Shown here: positions 62,858 through 64,000 of the stretch, piece after piece
Layout: each line of letters starts with the position of its first letter
Position numbering within the stretch: the first letter of the stretch is position 1
Source: Dehalococcoidia bacterium
GTDB taxonomy: Bacteria > Chloroflexota > Dehalococcoidia > Lucifugimonadales > UBA3495
Assembly: GCA_965205495.1 (NCBI GenBank)
Contig: CBDBHA010000002.1
Location: 1,452,738-1,516,737 of the forward strand
Direction of reading: 5' to 3'
DNA length: 64,000 bases
Notes under the pieces: generated by a model
Told to the model about the DNA's origin: nothing
The model's input: only the letters and a program-made list of their open reading frames with translations
Databases searched by the model: none
Program-made: the position numbers and the translations under genes

Positions 62858-63571
62858 ATGCGAACCGTCCAGGCTGTGTCCTGGAAGGAGATTCAGGTCT
62901 ACTTCGGGAACCCCATGGCCTATATAGTTGGGCTTATTTTTTTGGCAGTAACCGGATTCTTCTTCGTTTTAGACTTGGGCGATCCTTTTCCAGAGGCTTC
63001 TCTCATCAACTTCTTCCAAGGGGCGACGATCATCCTGGTGCTATTGGCGCCGGCGTTGACCATGCGTTTGCTTTCGGAAGAGCAAAAGTTGGGGACAATT
63101 GAACTGCTGTTGACCTCGCCGGTTCGGGACTGGGAGATAATAATCGGGAAATACCTGGCGAGCCTGGTATTCCTGCTGTCGCTGATTGCGCTGACCCTTT
63201 ACTACCCATTGCTGCTGTTCCTGTTTGCGCAGCCGGACCCGGGGCCGATCTATTCGGGGTACCTGGGGTTTGTGCTGTACGGGTCAGCGGCGTTGTCGAT
63301 AGGGATATTGACGTCGACGTTGACCAGCAACCAGATAGTGGCGTTCATAGTTTCGGCGGGGATACTGCTGCTGCTGTTCTTCGCCAACACGGGAGCGGAC
63401 GTGGTGGGGGGCATCTGGTCGACCCTGGTTAACGAAATTGGGATGCGGAGCCACTTCACCGACTTTGAGCGGGGAGTGATTGACACCAAGCACATAGTCT
63501 ACTTCATAAGCGTCACGGCCTTCTTCCTGTTCCTTTCGATCCGGGCGCTGGAATCGAGAAGGTGGAGGTAA
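62858..63571 (+). CDS. ABC-2 type transporter permease (GldF-like)
   Basis: Start refined to ATG 62858, 2 nt after the ATPase stop. Six hydrophobic segments, with an N-terminal KEIQVYFGNPMAY motif. Confidence 0.8.
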   Translation: MRTVQAVSWKEIQVYFGNPMAYIVGLIFLAVTGFFFVLDLGDPFPEASLINFFQGATIILVLLAPALTMRLLSEEQKLGTIELLLTSPVRDWEIIIGKYLASLVFLLSLIALTLYYPLLLFLFAQPDPGPIYSGYLGFVLYGSAALSIGILTSTLTSNQIVAFIVSAGILLLLFFANTGADVVGGIWSTLVNEIGMRSHFTDFERGVIDTKHIVYFISVTAFFLFLSIRALESRRWR

Positions 63572-63572
63572 G

Positions 63573-64000
63573 ATGACCAACCGCCCAGATGACACCTCCG
63601 CCGACTGGAGGCGGAGACAGCGGGGACGAAGAGGCCGGGGGGCAGAGCCACCGGCGGTTGAAGCAGGGGAGGGCCTGGAGCCGGAGGAAGAACCCGGGGG
63701 CTCGCGGACCATATTCAGCTTTCTTGAACCGGGACTGAACGTCATCGGCTCCTTTGGGGCGCCGGTGGTAATTGCGGGCATCTTTGCCCTGGTACTTGGG
63801 GTGGCGCTGGCGGCCTTCGTCAGTTCGCTGCGGCTTTATGGATTCATAATCATTGGGGTTGGGGTAGTCTTCCTGGTCACCATTGGGTTGATCTACCTGA
63901 GCAGCGTGTTCGCGGCGTTCATCAGCCGGACGGGCAGATACGGGGTGAACTCGCTGGTGATGCTGGCGGCCTTTATCGGGATATTGGTGGTGGTGAACTT
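63573..64000 (+). CDS. Partial CDS: ABC-transporter auxiliary (GldG-like) membrane protein, continues beyond the window
   Basis: ATG 63573 follows GGTGGAGG. The frame stays open to the window end, with a charged N-terminus and then TM segments (VVIAGIFALVLGVALAAF, FIIIGVGVVFLVTIGLIYL). It is not in the ORF track because no stop falls inside the window. Confidence 0.6.
   Translation, partial: MTNRPDDTSADWRRRQRGRRGRGAEPPAVEAGEGLEPEEEPGGSRTIFSFLEPGLNVIGSFGAPVVIAGIFALVLGVALAAFVSSLRLYGFIIIGVGVVFLVTIGLIYLSSVFAAFISRTGRYGVNSLVMLAAFIGILVVVN

Noticed and set aside
1-64000. Search for selenoprotein genes, meaning adjacent same-frame ORFs split by a single TGA.
   Set aside because: - I found no pair of family-coherent ORF fragments joined by one in-frame TGA.
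- This is a by-eye negative and is not exhaustive.

Overview
High-GC (about 60% by eye) bacterial chromosomal segment. It is dominated by metabolic and housekeeping genes, and the gene content and repeat style resemble Chloroflexota-like genomes (inference only, no search run). I support about 60 protein-coding genes and two tRNAs.

Protein-coding content:
- tsaC, RNase D, thioredoxin, tatA / tatC / a second TatA/B-family gene, and an in-frame RlmD-Maf fusion.
- lutABC, a lipoamide E3-E2 pair, and four paralogous ThDP (acetolactate-synthase-like) enzymes.
- An ADP-forming acyl-CoA synthetase, formamidase, a tandem M20 amidohydrolase pair, and an agmatinase plus pyruvoyl-decarboxylase pair.
- An ECF sigma / ZAS anti-sigma pair, an MNT-HEPN pair, and a 1225-aa CHAT-like/NB-ARC/TPR STAND protein.

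tRNAs: tRNA-Glu(CUC) and a 97-nt tRNA-Sec(UCA)-like gene.

I found no rRNA, CRISPR array, transposase, integrase or reverse transcriptase.

The most unusual signal is non-genic. Three oversized intergenic islands (about 14.06-15.90 kb, 46.5-47.4 kb and 52.86-54.10 kb) are built from the same parts:
- a roughly 50-nt element that is more than 90% identical in all three;
- 10-bp-phased GGGAC triplets;
- two families of hairpin repeats that are all co-oriented on the + strand;
- in two of the three islands, a divergent pair of paralogous ~105-aa ORFs of unknown function.

Family assignments rest on motifs read in the supplied translations and on recalled family signatures. No database search was possible. 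Start codons were refined by eye from Shine-Dalgarno context and are approximate.
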